Shown here in pieces: positions 24,456-33,219 of a stretch of DNA of 41,389 bases. The first letter of the stretch is position 1. Each line of letters begins with the position of its first letter. The notes beneath the pieces are model-generated. The model had not been told where the DNA came from. It ran no database searches and saw only the letters and a program-made list of their open reading frames with translations. This DNA is from a virus. Its lineage: Duplodnaviria; Caudoviricetes. The stretch covers positions 1 through 41,389 of IMG/VR virus record IMGVR_UViG_3300024309_000056; one strand, written 5' to 3'. Made by a program: the position numbers and the translations under genes.

Positions 24456-26086
24456 TGGAAAACACTATCTCTATCCTCGACAGGCACGGAAAGCCGTTGC
24501 CTGCTGTTCGCCGTCGCGGAGCAATGTTGGCGCCAGGCAGCAATGCGCCCTATGACGCCGCCGACCAGAACGGCGGCCACGTGCGTGATTGGCAACCATA
24601 CCTCTGGTCTCCGGACGGTGAAGTCAACATGTATCGCGACCGCCTCGCGGCGCGTGCGCGTGACCTGATCCGCAACGACGGCTGGGCGACCGCCGCGGTG
24701 ATGCGGACCGTCGACAACGTCATCGGACCTGATTTCCGGCCGATTTCGAAGCCCGATTATCGATGGCTGCGGACTGTGACCGGCATCGAGGCGTTCGATC
24801 ACCGTTGGGCCGATGAATTTGGCCAGGCCGTGGAAGCCAACTGGCGCTCGTGGGCGAACGATCCTGCCTTCTACTGCGATTCGGAGCGGATGCTGTCGTT
24901 CCCCCAAATGATGCAACTGGGGTTTCGACATCACCTCATCGACGGCGACTCGCTCTCGATGCTGCATTGGCTGCCGCAGCGCATCGGGGTGGGGCGCGCC
25001 CGCTATGCAACGGCCGTGCAGATCATGGACCCGGACCGTCTTTCGAATCCGCAGCAGAACTTCGATCAGCAGGCGCTACGCGGAGGCGTGGAGGTCGACA
25101 GTTACGGCGTTCCGACCTGGTATCACATTCGGCGCGCTCATCAGGGAGACTGGTTCAGCGCGGGCGATAGCGTGCGGTGGGACCGTATCCCACGAGAGAC
25201 GGATTGGGGGCGTCCGATTGTGGTGCATAGCTTCGACCATGATCGGGCGTCGCAGCACCGTGGCGTTGGCTTTCTGACGCCGGTGATCCAGCGGTTCAAG
25301 ATGCTGATCAAGTACGACAGCACCGAACTGGATGCGGCCATCATCAACGCGTTCTTTGCGGCCTATATCCAAAGCCCGTTCGATCCCGATCTGGTCGAAG
25401 AAGCCCTGTCCGGCTCGGACAAGGTCAGCGCGTACCAGCGCGAGCGTTCGCAGTTCCACCAAGAGCGCCGAACCCGCATGGGCGATGTCGGCATGACGCA
25501 CCTGTACCCGGGGGAGACTATCGGCACGGTGGCCTCCAGTCGCCCGAGCAGCAATTTCGCCTCGTTCGAAAGCGCGATGTTGCGGCATTTTTCGGCCGGG
25601 ACTGGGTTGGCCGCACAGCAGATCAGCCAGAACTGGGCCGAGGTGAACTACAGCGCCTATCGTTCCGCGATGCTGGAGGCGTGGAAGACATTCGCCCGCC
25701 GACGGATCGGCTTTGCGTCTGGACAGGCGCACCCGATCTATTGCGCATGGCTGGAGGAATCCATGGACGTGGATGACTATCCGATGCCACGAAACGCGCC
25801 TGAGTTCATCGAGGCACGCGCGGCGTATGCGCGAGCTAAGTGGATGGGGCCTGGCCGCGGCCTGGTGGATATCGTCAAGGAGCGCCAAGGCGCGCTGCTC
25901 GGGATCGATGGAGGCATGTCTTCGCTGGAGGATGAATGCGCCGAGATCTCCGGCACCGACTGGCGCGACGTGGCCGACCGCCGTGCTATTGAAATGGAAC
26001 GCTACGAGCGATTGGGGCTTCCCATTCCCGCAGTGCTCCAGGGGGCGGACTCGAAAGACGCAGTCCAAGTACCGGAGGAAAAATAA
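24455..26086 (+). CDS. Portal protein (lambda family)
   Basis: RARDLIRNDGWA, GGVEVDSYG, QHRGV, VNYSAYRSAMLEAWK. Confidence 0.92.
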   Translation: MENTISILDRHGKPLPAVRRRGAMLAPGSNAPYDAADQNGGHVRDWQPYLWSPDGEVNMYRDRLAARARDLIRNDGWATAAVMRTVDNVIGPDFRPISKPDYRWLRTVTGIEAFDHRWADEFGQAVEANWRSWANDPAFYCDSERMLSFPQMMQLGFRHHLIDGDSLSMLHWLPQRIGVGRARYATAVQIMDPDRLSNPQQNFDQQALRGGVEVDSYGVPTWYHIRRAHQGDWFSAGDSVRWDRIPRETDWGRPIVVHSFDHDRASQHRGVGFLTPVIQRFKMLIKYDSTELDAAIINAFFAAYIQSPFDPDLVEEALSGSDKVSAYQRERSQFHQERRTRMGDVGMTHLYPGETIGTVASSRPSSNFASFESAMLRHFSAGTGLAAQQISQNWAEVNYSAYRSAMLEAWKTFARRRIGFASGQAHPIYCAWLEESMDVDDYPMPRNAPEFIEARAAYARAKWMGPGRGLVDIVKERQGALLGIDGGMSSLEDECAEISGTDWRDVADRRAIEMERYERLGLPIPAVLQGADSKDAVQVPEEK

Positions 26087-26974
26087 ATGCGTTTTGCGCA
26101 CTTGGGCCAGCGGCTGTTCAACACGCCGCTGGCGATTCGCCAGGACAAGGCGGAAGTCATCATGGCCGCACTCGCCGAGCGGCTGGGCGTCAGCCAGATC
26201 ATGCGTTTGGACGGAGCGAACCTGCGCCCGATGGCCTGGGATGACTATGACGACGACCTGACCAAACCCGGCGAGACGATTCGCGACGCCGGCTATGACA
26301 TGGTGGGCGATACGCCGGTCGCCTGCATCAAGGTGCATGGCACGCTGGTGCAGAAGCTGGGCTCGCTGCGCCCCTATTCGGGCATGACGGGCTATGACGG
26401 TATCCGGCAGAGCATCCTGAGCGCTCACGCGGATCCGGCCGTCGAGGCGATTGTGCTCGACGTGGACTCGCCGGGTGGCGAGGTCGCGGGCTGTTTCGAC
26501 CTGGTCGACACCATCTATGGCCTGCGGGGCGACAAGCCCATATGGGCGCTCCTGACGGAGTCGGCCTATTCGGCGGGATACGCGATTGCCAGCGCCGCCG
26601 ACAGGGTCGTCGTGCCGCGCACTGGTGGCGTCGGTTCCATCGGCGTAATTGTGATGCACGTCGACCTGTCCAAGGCGCTGACGGCGTCGGGAGTGGCGGT
26701 GACCTTCATCACGTACGGGAGCCACAAAGCGGACTTCCGCCCGGAGCTTCCCCTCTCTGAGGAGGCGCTGAACAGTGTCCAGGCCGAGATCAACACGATG
26801 GGCGAGCTTTTCGTGGAGACGGTCGCCCGCAATCGAAACATCGCGCCCGAATCCGTGCGCGACACACAGGCCGCCTGCTTCATGGGGGCGGCCGGCGTCA
26901 GCCGCGGCTTGGCGGACGCAGTCATGGCGCCCGACGCCGCCTTTCTTGAACTGCTGGACCTGCTGGGCCGGTAA
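26087..26974 (+). CDS. Head maturation protease (S49 family, gpC-like)
   Basis: LDVDSPGGEVAG, AYSAGYAIASAAD, GVGSIGV. Confidence 0.9.
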   Translation: MRFAHLGQRLFNTPLAIRQDKAEVIMAALAERLGVSQIMRLDGANLRPMAWDDYDDDLTKPGETIRDAGYDMVGDTPVACIKVHGTLVQKLGSLRPYSGMTGYDGIRQSILSAHADPAVEAIVLDVDSPGGEVAGCFDLVDTIYGLRGDKPIWALLTESAYSAGYAIASAADRVVVPRTGGVGSIGVIVMHVDLSKALTASGVAVTFITYGSHKADFRPELPLSEEALNSVQAEINTMGELFVETVARNRNIAPESVRDTQAACFMGAAGVSRGLADAVMAPDAAFLELLDLLGR

Positions 26975-26995
26975 ACAACCTGTGAGACTACTGCA

Positions 26996-27568
26996 ATGAA
27001 GAAGAAAACCTTCGCTTCTGCCCCCTTCGCCTCGTTGCTGGGCCTGGGGCGCGCCCGAGGCGCCCGCGCTGAACAAGACGACGAGGACGACAAGGACAAG
27101 CCGGACGACGACCGCAAGCAGCGGGAGGGCGAGTCCGACGAGGACTATGCCCGGCGCATGGAAGAGCGTGACCGTGAAGACGACGAGCGCGACGACGTGC
27201 TGGAAAACGGGGAAGACCCGGACGCCGAAAAGGACGACGACGGCGACGACAAGGAAAAGGACTCGTCGAAGAAGGCCGCCAGGGCGGCCGAGCGGGCACG
27301 CTGCGCCCGCATCGTGGCCCACGGTCTGCGCTTGGGCGTGGCGCGACAGGCTTGCGTATTTGCCTTCGACACGGGCATGTCGTCCAACGCCGCTATCGCC
27401 GCGTTGGACGCAGGCAGGGCGGACCAGGCGCCACCGGCGCGCCGCACCCTGTCCGAGCGCATGCAGGGCGCGAACGTGCCCAACCCGGGATCGGGTGGTG
27501 GCGAAGTTCAGATGACCCTGGCCGAGAAGATAGTCGCCGCTGCCAAGAAGCGCCGCGGCGAGGCTTGA
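26996..27568 (+). CDS. Probable capsid scaffolding protein
   Basis: Very acidic low-complexity region followed by AERARCARI (Nu3-like); position between protease and decoration protein. Confidence 0.6.
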   Translation: MKKKTFASAPFASLLGLGRARGARAEQDDEDDKDKPDDDRKQREGESDEDYARRMEERDREDDERDDVLENGEDPDAEKDDDGDDKEKDSSKKAARAAERARCARIVAHGLRLGVARQACVFAFDTGMSSNAAIAALDAGRADQAPPARRTLSERMQGANVPNPGSGGGEVQMTLAEKIVAAAKKRRGEA

Positions 27569-27601
27569 TCATCACAATTCAGCTATTCAGGAGTATTCCT
27601 T

Positions 27602-28282
27602 ATGACGCTTCCCATCAATTCCGTGGGGAACAATCCCCAACAGCCCGGCATCCGGGCCGATGTTTACATTCCCGATCAGTTGATCGCCGGCGGTCTGCAG
27701 ATCGTTTCGCAACCGATCATTCTCGCCGCCGGAAAGCTGCCGCGCGGATCGGTCCTGGGCATGATCACGAGTAGCACCGCGGTTACCACGGCTGCTGACG
27801 AGAACACCGGCAATGGCACCATCGGTGCCGTCACGGTCGGCCCCGATGCCAAGCTGGGAAACTACCTTCTGACCGCCACTGCCGCCACCACCTTCAAGGT
27901 GGTCGACCCGGAAGGAACCACGCTCGCGAATGCGACTGTAGGCACGGCATACACCCAGGGTGGCCTGGGGTTCACCATCGCCGCTGGCGCCACCGCATTC
28001 GTGGCCGGGGACGAGTTCGTGATCGACGTCAACGACGCGGTCGGCCAGTTCGTTCTCTCGGCGAAAGGCGCGAGCGACGGCAGTCAGGTTCCCTCGGCCA
28101 TTCTGGCGGACCATGCGGACGCCACGGCCGGGCCAGTCAATGCCGGCGCATATGTCCAGGTGGAAGTGAACGGCCGCGCGCTGCATTACGACCCGAGCTG
28201 GACGTTGCCCGCGCTGACCGCGGCCTTGCGCCAGTACGCGATCCACGTCAAGTCGTCGGTCTCGGCGGCTGACCCGATCTAA
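27602..28282 (+). CDS. Head decoration protein (gpD-like) with inserted beta-rich domain
   Basis: PDQLIAG...RGSVLGMIT and DGSQVPSAILA motifs flanking a Thr/Gly-rich insert. Confidence 0.8.
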   Translation: MTLPINSVGNNPQQPGIRADVYIPDQLIAGGLQIVSQPIILAAGKLPRGSVLGMITSSTAVTTAADENTGNGTIGAVTVGPDAKLGNYLLTATAATTFKVVDPEGTTLANATVGTAYTQGGLGFTIAAGATAFVAGDEFVIDVNDAVGQFVLSAKGASDGSQVPSAILADHADATAGPVNAGAYVQVEVNGRALHYDPSWTLPALTAALRQYAIHVKSSVSAADPI

Positions 28283-28305
28283 GAACCACGCGCAACGCAC
28301 GAGAG

Positions 28306-28332
28306 AGGTCCCGCCCAGCGGGGCCTTTTTTC
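28306..28332 (+). terminator. Terminator-like hairpin between decoration and capsid genes
   Basis: AGGTCCCGC-CCA-GCGGGGCC followed by TTTTTT. Confidence 0.7.
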
Positions 28333-28366
28333 TTCAGATCGCCAGAACACTCTACGGAGATGACGA

Positions 28367-29428
28367 ATGCCTTCCAATTTGGTCTATAGCACCATCGACC
28401 TGATCCAGGTCGTTCCGAACCTGAAAACCGCGCAGTCCTTCCTGCTGGACAGGTTCTTCCCCAACATCATCACGTCCGATAGCGAAGAGGTTGCCATCGA
28501 CGTCGACATCGGCAAGCGTCGCATGGCCCCGTTTGTCTCGCCCCTGGTCGAAGGCAAGCTGGTCGAACAGCGCCGGTTCCAGACCAACACTTTCAAACCG
28601 GCCTACATCAAGGACAAGCGCGCCCCGGATCTGCTCAAGCCGGTCCGCCGTATGATCGGCGAACGCATCGGCGGCGACCTCAAGGGCATCGAGCGCGAGA
28701 TGGCCAACCTCGAAGCTGAAATGACCGACCAGGTGGACATCCTGACCCGTCGCCTGGAATGGATGGCGGCCAGCGCGCTGCGTCTGGGCCAGGTCACCAT
28801 CGAAGGTGAGGGCTTCGAAACCGTGATCGTGGACTTCGGTCGCGCATCGGACTTGACGGTCGCCCTTACCTCGAACCGGAAGTGGACAGCCGCCAACATT
28901 GCCGCGGGCACGGCGTCGCCGACGCGCGACATCGAGACTTGGGCGACCCGCATCCTCAAGCGTTCCGGCGCGACGACGTCGGATCTGGTGTTCACGCCCA
29001 GCTCGTGGGCCGGCTTCATTCTCGATCCGGCCCTGAAGGGCGCCATCGTGCTGCCGGCCCAGGCATCGTTCGGCAACGTGATCAACCCGGGGGCCGAGGT
29101 CAAGCAGGGCGCGGTCTACAAGGGCAAGTGGGGCCAATTCGACCTGTGGCTCTACAACGACTGGTTCGTGGACGAGAACGATACCGAACGCCCGATGCTG
29201 TACGACGGTGACGTGATCATGTCCGGCCCGAACCTGCAGGGCACGCGCGCGTTCGGCCAGATTATGGATCCCGCCTTCAACTACCAGTCGTTGCCGTTCG
29301 CTCCCAAGACCTGGGTGCAAGAAGATCCGGCGCAACGTCTGCTGATGATGCAGTCTTCGCCCATCGTCATCCCCAGCCGGGTGAATGCGTGCCTGTCGGC
29401 CAACGTCTGCGACCCGGCGGTGGAATGA
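28367..29428 (+). CDS. Major capsid protein (lambda gpE family)
   Basis: FLLDRFFP, MAPFVSPLVEG, FKPAYIKDK, RRLEWMAA, MMQSSPI. Confidence 0.92.
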   Translation: MPSNLVYSTIDLIQVVPNLKTAQSFLLDRFFPNIITSDSEEVAIDVDIGKRRMAPFVSPLVEGKLVEQRRFQTNTFKPAYIKDKRAPDLLKPVRRMIGERIGGDLKGIEREMANLEAEMTDQVDILTRRLEWMAASALRLGQVTIEGEGFETVIVDFGRASDLTVALTSNRKWTAANIAAGTASPTRDIETWATRILKRSGATTSDLVFTPSSWAGFILDPALKGAIVLPAQASFGNVINPGAEVKQGAVYKGKWGQFDLWLYNDWFVDENDTERPMLYDGDVIMSGPNLQGTRAFGQIMDPAFNYQSLPFAPKTWVQEDPAQRLLMMQSSPIVIPSRVNACLSANVCDPAVE

Positions 29429-29685
29429 TGAGCGCGGCCAACAATCAGAAGGACAAGGGGCCGGCCGCTGCGAAGCTCGTGGCGGCCGTTGTCGCGCGCG
29501 GTCGCACGCTGCTGGTCGATGACGGAAAGTCGCTGGCGGCAGGCGAAGAGATTGAGTTGCCCGCCGCCGAAGTAGAGCGCCTGCGGCAGCTCGGCTTCCT
29601 GGAGGATCCGGAAGCGCCGGTGATTCGTCGGGACAACGGTCCGCGCTTCGGATCCGCCGCCGGTCCCCAGATCCGCCGAGGCTGA
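29425..29685 (+). CDS. Hypothetical virion protein (gpFI-like position)
   Basis: 86 aa, GEEIELPAAEVERLRQLGFL; ATGA-coupled to the capsid gene. Confidence 0.65.
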   Translation: MMSAANNQKDKGPAAAKLVAAVVARGRTLLVDDGKSLAAGEEIELPAAEVERLRQLGFLEDPEAPVIRRDNGPRFGSAAGPQIRRG

Positions 29686-29686
29686 C

Positions 29687-30013
29687 ATGGTTGATTTCGA
29701 CCAGGTCAACCAGGCCATTAACGGCGCGTTTGGTGAGGAACTGGTCTATCAACCTGTGGGCGGCGGCAAGTCCGAGCCCGTGCCCGTGCCCGGCGTCTTC
29801 ACCGATGCCTACAAGACGGCGTTCCAAGATGGGCAGGGCGGCGTCGGGTGGGTGACGACAGCACCGAGCGCGGGCTTTCGCCTGGCCGATCTGCCGCGGG
29901 CGCCCGCGAAGGACGACCGCATCACCCGCAAGAAGACCGGCGAATCGTTCCTTGTCTTTGAACAGCAGCCGGACGGCATGGGCTGGGTACACCTGAAACT
30001 GAAAAAGCTATGA
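29687..30013 (+). CDS. Head-tail joining protein (gpFII-like)
   Basis: FGEELVY...GVF...PDGMGWVHLKL; position. Confidence 0.7.
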   Translation: MVDFDQVNQAINGAFGEELVYQPVGGGKSEPVPVPGVFTDAYKTAFQDGQGGVGWVTTAPSAGFRLADLPRAPAKDDRITRKKTGESFLVFEQQPDGMGWVHLKLKKL

Positions 30014-30561
30014 CCACGACAAATCAACTTCGTGCCTTGGCAGTCCAGGCGCTGACGGACACGACCGACGCAGGGAGGCGCGCGTACTCGCCGCGCGACC
30101 AAGCCACCTGGGACGGAGAGTATCCCGTCCTGTTCGTCGGGACGAACGACGAGGATGGCGTGTCGTTCGGTCGAAGCGGCGCCCCTGCATTCACAGTGAC
30201 CTCGGCGCTGGTGGTCGAGGCAAGGGCGGCTCATCCCGGTGAGCCGGACGACGCCGGCGCAGCGGCCCTGCAGGTCAAGCTGGAGACCCTGCGAGACCAG
30301 ATCAAGGCCGCGGTCATCAACTACCCGCCGCTCATGCGGGAACTCAACCAATTTTCCTACTTTCGCACGCGCATTGTGCCTGGGCCTGAGGGCGCCTCAA
30401 ACCACCTGGGGAGCGTGCTGGTGGAGCTGGGACTGGAGTTCGTGCAAGGGCCGGAGGACTTCTTTCCCGTGCCCACAAATCCGTTGGAAGGGGTGGACAC
30501 GCGTGTTCAGGTGCCTGACGGCACTGCTGTTCCCGGCTTGGATATCGACCTTCCGCAATAG
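30010..30561 (+). CDS. Tail terminator/completion protein
   Basis: 183 aa, TDAGRRAYSPR...YPVLFV; position before the sheath module. Confidence 0.6.
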   Translation: MTTTNQLRALAVQALTDTTDAGRRAYSPRDQATWDGEYPVLFVGTNDEDGVSFGRSGAPAFTVTSALVVEARAAHPGEPDDAGAAALQVKLETLRDQIKAAVINYPPLMRELNQFSYFRTRIVPGPEGASNHLGSVLVELGLEFVQGPEDFFPVPTNPLEGVDTRVQVPDGTAVPGLDIDLPQ

Positions 30562-30570
30562 GAGCTTCGC

Positions 30571-30783
30571 ATGTACATCAAACCTCGCCCGGGCCTGAAG
30601 GTGTTCGACCCGGTACGCAAACAGTTCATGCCCGAAGAGGGCATGCCCGTGGACGAAAACGACCTGTACTGGGCGGCGCGCATGCGCGACGGCGACGTGG
30701 TCGAAGCGGACGCCCCTGGCGCGCGGACGTCGACCAGCAACGAGGTGCCGCCGGCACTGCCCAATAAGGGGGCAAGTAAATGA
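30571..30783 (+). CDS. DUF2635-family (Mu gp38-like) protein
   Basis: IKPRPGLKVFDP...PEEG...YWAARMRDGDVV. Confidence 0.85.
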   Translation: MYIKPRPGLKVFDPVRKQFMPEEGMPVDENDLYWAARMRDGDVVEADAPGARTSTSNEVPPALPNKGASK

Positions 30784-32309
30784 TCCAGTTTCCCAACATT
30801 CCGCAGAATCTGCGGGTTCCGTTGTTCTTCGCTGACATCGACCCGAGTCGCGCGAACACCGGTCAGATCAACCAGCGCGCGCTGATTATCGGCCAGATCA
30901 CGACGGCAGGCACGGCGGTTCCGGGCAAGCCGGCGATTTCCCAGGGCGCCAACGAGGCGAAGGTGCTGGGCGGCCAGGGTTCTATGCTGGCGCTCATGAC
31001 GGCTGTGTATCGCGCGCGTGACAGCTTCGGTGAGGTCTGGTATCTCCCTGTGGCTGACGATGCGTCCGCCACCGAAGCCAAGGGCGCAATCAGCTTCACT
31101 GCGGCGGCGACGGCCACTGGCGTGCTGTCCCTGTACGTCGCGGCATTCTCCGGTTCGCCGGTAGTGTCACTGGTCTGCACGCCGAGCATGACGACCGCTC
31201 AACTTGCGACGGCGCTGGCGGCGCAGATCAACGCCGCCGTTGATCTGCCGGTTTTGGCCGCGGTGGATGCGGAGTCCGCCACCAAGGTGAACCTGACGGC
31301 GAAGAACAAGGGGCTGGCGGGCAACGACATCGACGTGCGCCTGAACTTCTACGGCGCACTGAGTGGCGAAGTGCTCCCGGCCGGCCTGGGTGTCACCATC
31401 ACCCCGATGTCCGGCGGACAGGTCAACCCGACGCTGACCACTGCGCTGGCCAACCTGGGCGACATGACCTTCGACTTCATCGCCATGCCGTACAACGATG
31501 CCGCGTCGCTGAATGCCGTCAAGGCGTTTCTGTCCACGACGACCGGCCGCTGGAGCTGGTCCAAGGGGCTGTATGGGCACGCCTACGGCGGCTTCCGCGG
31601 CACGCTGGGGGAATGCCATACCTTTGGCGCCACCCGCAACGACGAGCATGTATCCATCATGGGCTTCAACAATTCGCCGACGCCCTCGTGGATCCTGGCC
31701 GCTGATCTGACGGCAGCGGCGGCGATATCGTGCCGCGCAGATCCGGCCCAGCCGATGCAAACCGTTCCGCTGGCGAGTTTCCTGCCGCCGCCGCTGGAGT
31801 CGCGGTTCCAGCTGACCGACCGCAACACCCTACTCTATACGGGCATCAGCACATTCACGGTGGCAGACGACGGCACGGTGGCAATCGAAAACCTCATCAC
31901 GACCTACCAGCTGAACGCGTTCGGCCAGCCGGACAACAGCTATCTGGAGGTCGAGACGATGAACACGTTGGCGGCGGTCCTGCGGCGCCTGAAGCTGGTG
32001 GTGACGTCCAAGTACGCCCGCAAGAAGCTGGCGGCAAACGGCACGCGGCCGGCGCCCGGATCCAACATCGTGACGCCCAGCACCATCCGGGCCGACCTGA
32101 CGGCGGACTACCAGTCCATGCAGGACGACAGCGGCTGGGTGCAGGGGGCTGACGTGTTCGCCAAGGGCCTGATCGTGGAGCAGAACCGCACCAACCCCAA
32201 CCGGGTGGACGTGCTGTATCCGGCAATCCTGATCAACCAGCTGCGCATCTTCGCCCTGCTCATGCAGTTCAGCAATATCGTGCCGGCCAGCGAGGCCGCC
32301 AGCGCGTAA
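30780..32309 (+). CDS. Tail sheath protein (Mu gpL-like)
   Basis: IPQNLRVPLFF, GQGSMLALM, DPAQPMQT, LINQLRIFA. Confidence 0.93.
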   Translation: MIQFPNIPQNLRVPLFFADIDPSRANTGQINQRALIIGQITTAGTAVPGKPAISQGANEAKVLGGQGSMLALMTAVYRARDSFGEVWYLPVADDASATEAKGAISFTAAATATGVLSLYVAAFSGSPVVSLVCTPSMTTAQLATALAAQINAAVDLPVLAAVDAESATKVNLTAKNKGLAGNDIDVRLNFYGALSGEVLPAGLGVTITPMSGGQVNPTLTTALANLGDMTFDFIAMPYNDAASLNAVKAFLSTTTGRWSWSKGLYGHAYGGFRGTLGECHTFGATRNDEHVSIMGFNNSPTPSWILAADLTAAAAISCRADPAQPMQTVPLASFLPPPLESRFQLTDRNTLLYTGISTFTVADDGTVAIENLITTYQLNAFGQPDNSYLEVETMNTLAAVLRRLKLVVTSKYARKKLAANGTRPAPGSNIVTPSTIRADLTADYQSMQDDSGWVQGADVFAKGLIVEQNRTNPNRVDVLYPAILINQLRIFALLMQFSNIVPASEAASA

Positions 32310-32330
32310 ACCCGCGCGGCTGTGGCATAG

Positions 32331-32348
32331 CGCCGCCTTCGGGCGGCG
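32331..32348 (+). other. UUCG-tetraloop hairpin between sheath and tube genes
   Basis: CGCCGCC-TTCG-GGCGGCG with a weak T tail. Confidence 0.6.
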
Positions 32349-32370
32349 TCTTCATTTATAGGAGCCGATT

Positions 32371-32739
32371 ATGGCGAATCTGTTGGCCGGCACCGCGCAA
32401 ATCTCGGTGGACGGCAATTCCTACATGTTGGAGGGAGCCGGAAAGTACAGCCCCTCCACAGTCACCCGCACCAGCCTGGTGGGCCAGGATGGATATCACG
32501 GGGTCAAGGAAATGCCGGTCCCTGGCTCGATTTCCTTCACCTGCCGTGACGCTGGGAATCTGACGGTTTACGACTTCAACCGCATGCGCAATGCGACGGT
32601 GGTACTGCAACTCGCCAACGGCAAGACCGTGGTTGGGCGCAGCATGGCCTGCGTTGACGCGCAGGAAATTGACACGACCGAAGCCACCTTCGATGTCAAG
32701 TTCGAAGGTCCCCTCGTTTCTGAACAGACCGTGAGCTGA
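32371..32739 (+). CDS. Tail tube protein (Mu gpM-like)
   Basis: LAGTAQISVDG, GQDGYHGVKEMP, LANGKT, VKFEG. Confidence 0.88.
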   Translation: MANLLAGTAQISVDGNSYMLEGAGKYSPSTVTRTSLVGQDGYHGVKEMPVPGSISFTCRDAGNLTVYDFNRMRNATVVLQLANGKTVVGRSMACVDAQEIDTTEATFDVKFEGPLVSEQTVS

Positions 32740-32740
32740 T

Positions 32741-33070
32741 ATGCCGAAGAAAGAAATTCCTGATGAATTCACGATCACCCTGCGCAAAGCCATCACGTTG
32801 GGCCAGGGGGCGGACGCGGAGACTTTCACCGAAATGCTCCTGCGCGAGCCGGTGGTAGAAGAACTTCTCACCTTCAACAAGGACAGCGCCAAGGACGCCG
32901 GAGATGCGCTGCGCAAGCTCATCGCCAAGATATCGACGTTGCCCATCGCGGTGGTCAACCGCGTCGGCGCGCGGGACTTTACCAAGGCGTCCAACTACCT
33001 GACTTCGTTCATGAACGACGACGAGGACGAGATTGGCGCAGAAGAAGAGGACGCCGGCGCGGGAAAGTAG
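32741..33070 (+). CDS. Tail assembly chaperone
   Basis: ITLRKAI...LREP...ARDF; ends GCG GGA AAG TAG. Confidence 0.8.
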   Translation: MPKKEIPDEFTITLRKAITLGQGADAETFTEMLLREPVVEELLTFNKDSAKDAGDALRKLIAKISTLPIAVVNRVGARDFTKASNYLTSFMNDDEDEIGAEEEDAGAGK

Positions 33071-33219
33071 TCCGGCCAGTGCCTGATTGGGAACTGATGA
33101 CGGCGGCGGTGGCGAAGTTCTACGCCTGGCCGCCGCGTGAGGTTCTCCGGCTACGGCTGAGTGAACTGCGGTGGTGGCACGTCATGGCAGAGCGCTTGGA
33201 GGCACAACATGGCCAATGA
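33061..33219 (+). CDS. -1 frameshift extension of the tail chaperone (gpGT / P2 gpE+E'-like)
   Basis: Slippery G GGA AAG at 33061-33067; the -1 frame reads VVRPVPDWELMTAAVAKFYAWPPREVLRLRLSELRWWHVMAERLEAQHGQ to TGA 33217-33219. Confidence 0.85.
   Translation, partial: GKVVRPVPDWELMTAAVAKFYAWPPREVLRLRLSELRWWHVMAERLEAQHGQ

Noticed and set aside
25076-29992. 748-aa and 546-aa minus-strand ORFs opposite the head genes
   Set aside because: Antisense to portal, protease and capsid; composition typical of non-coding frames in GC-rich DNA.
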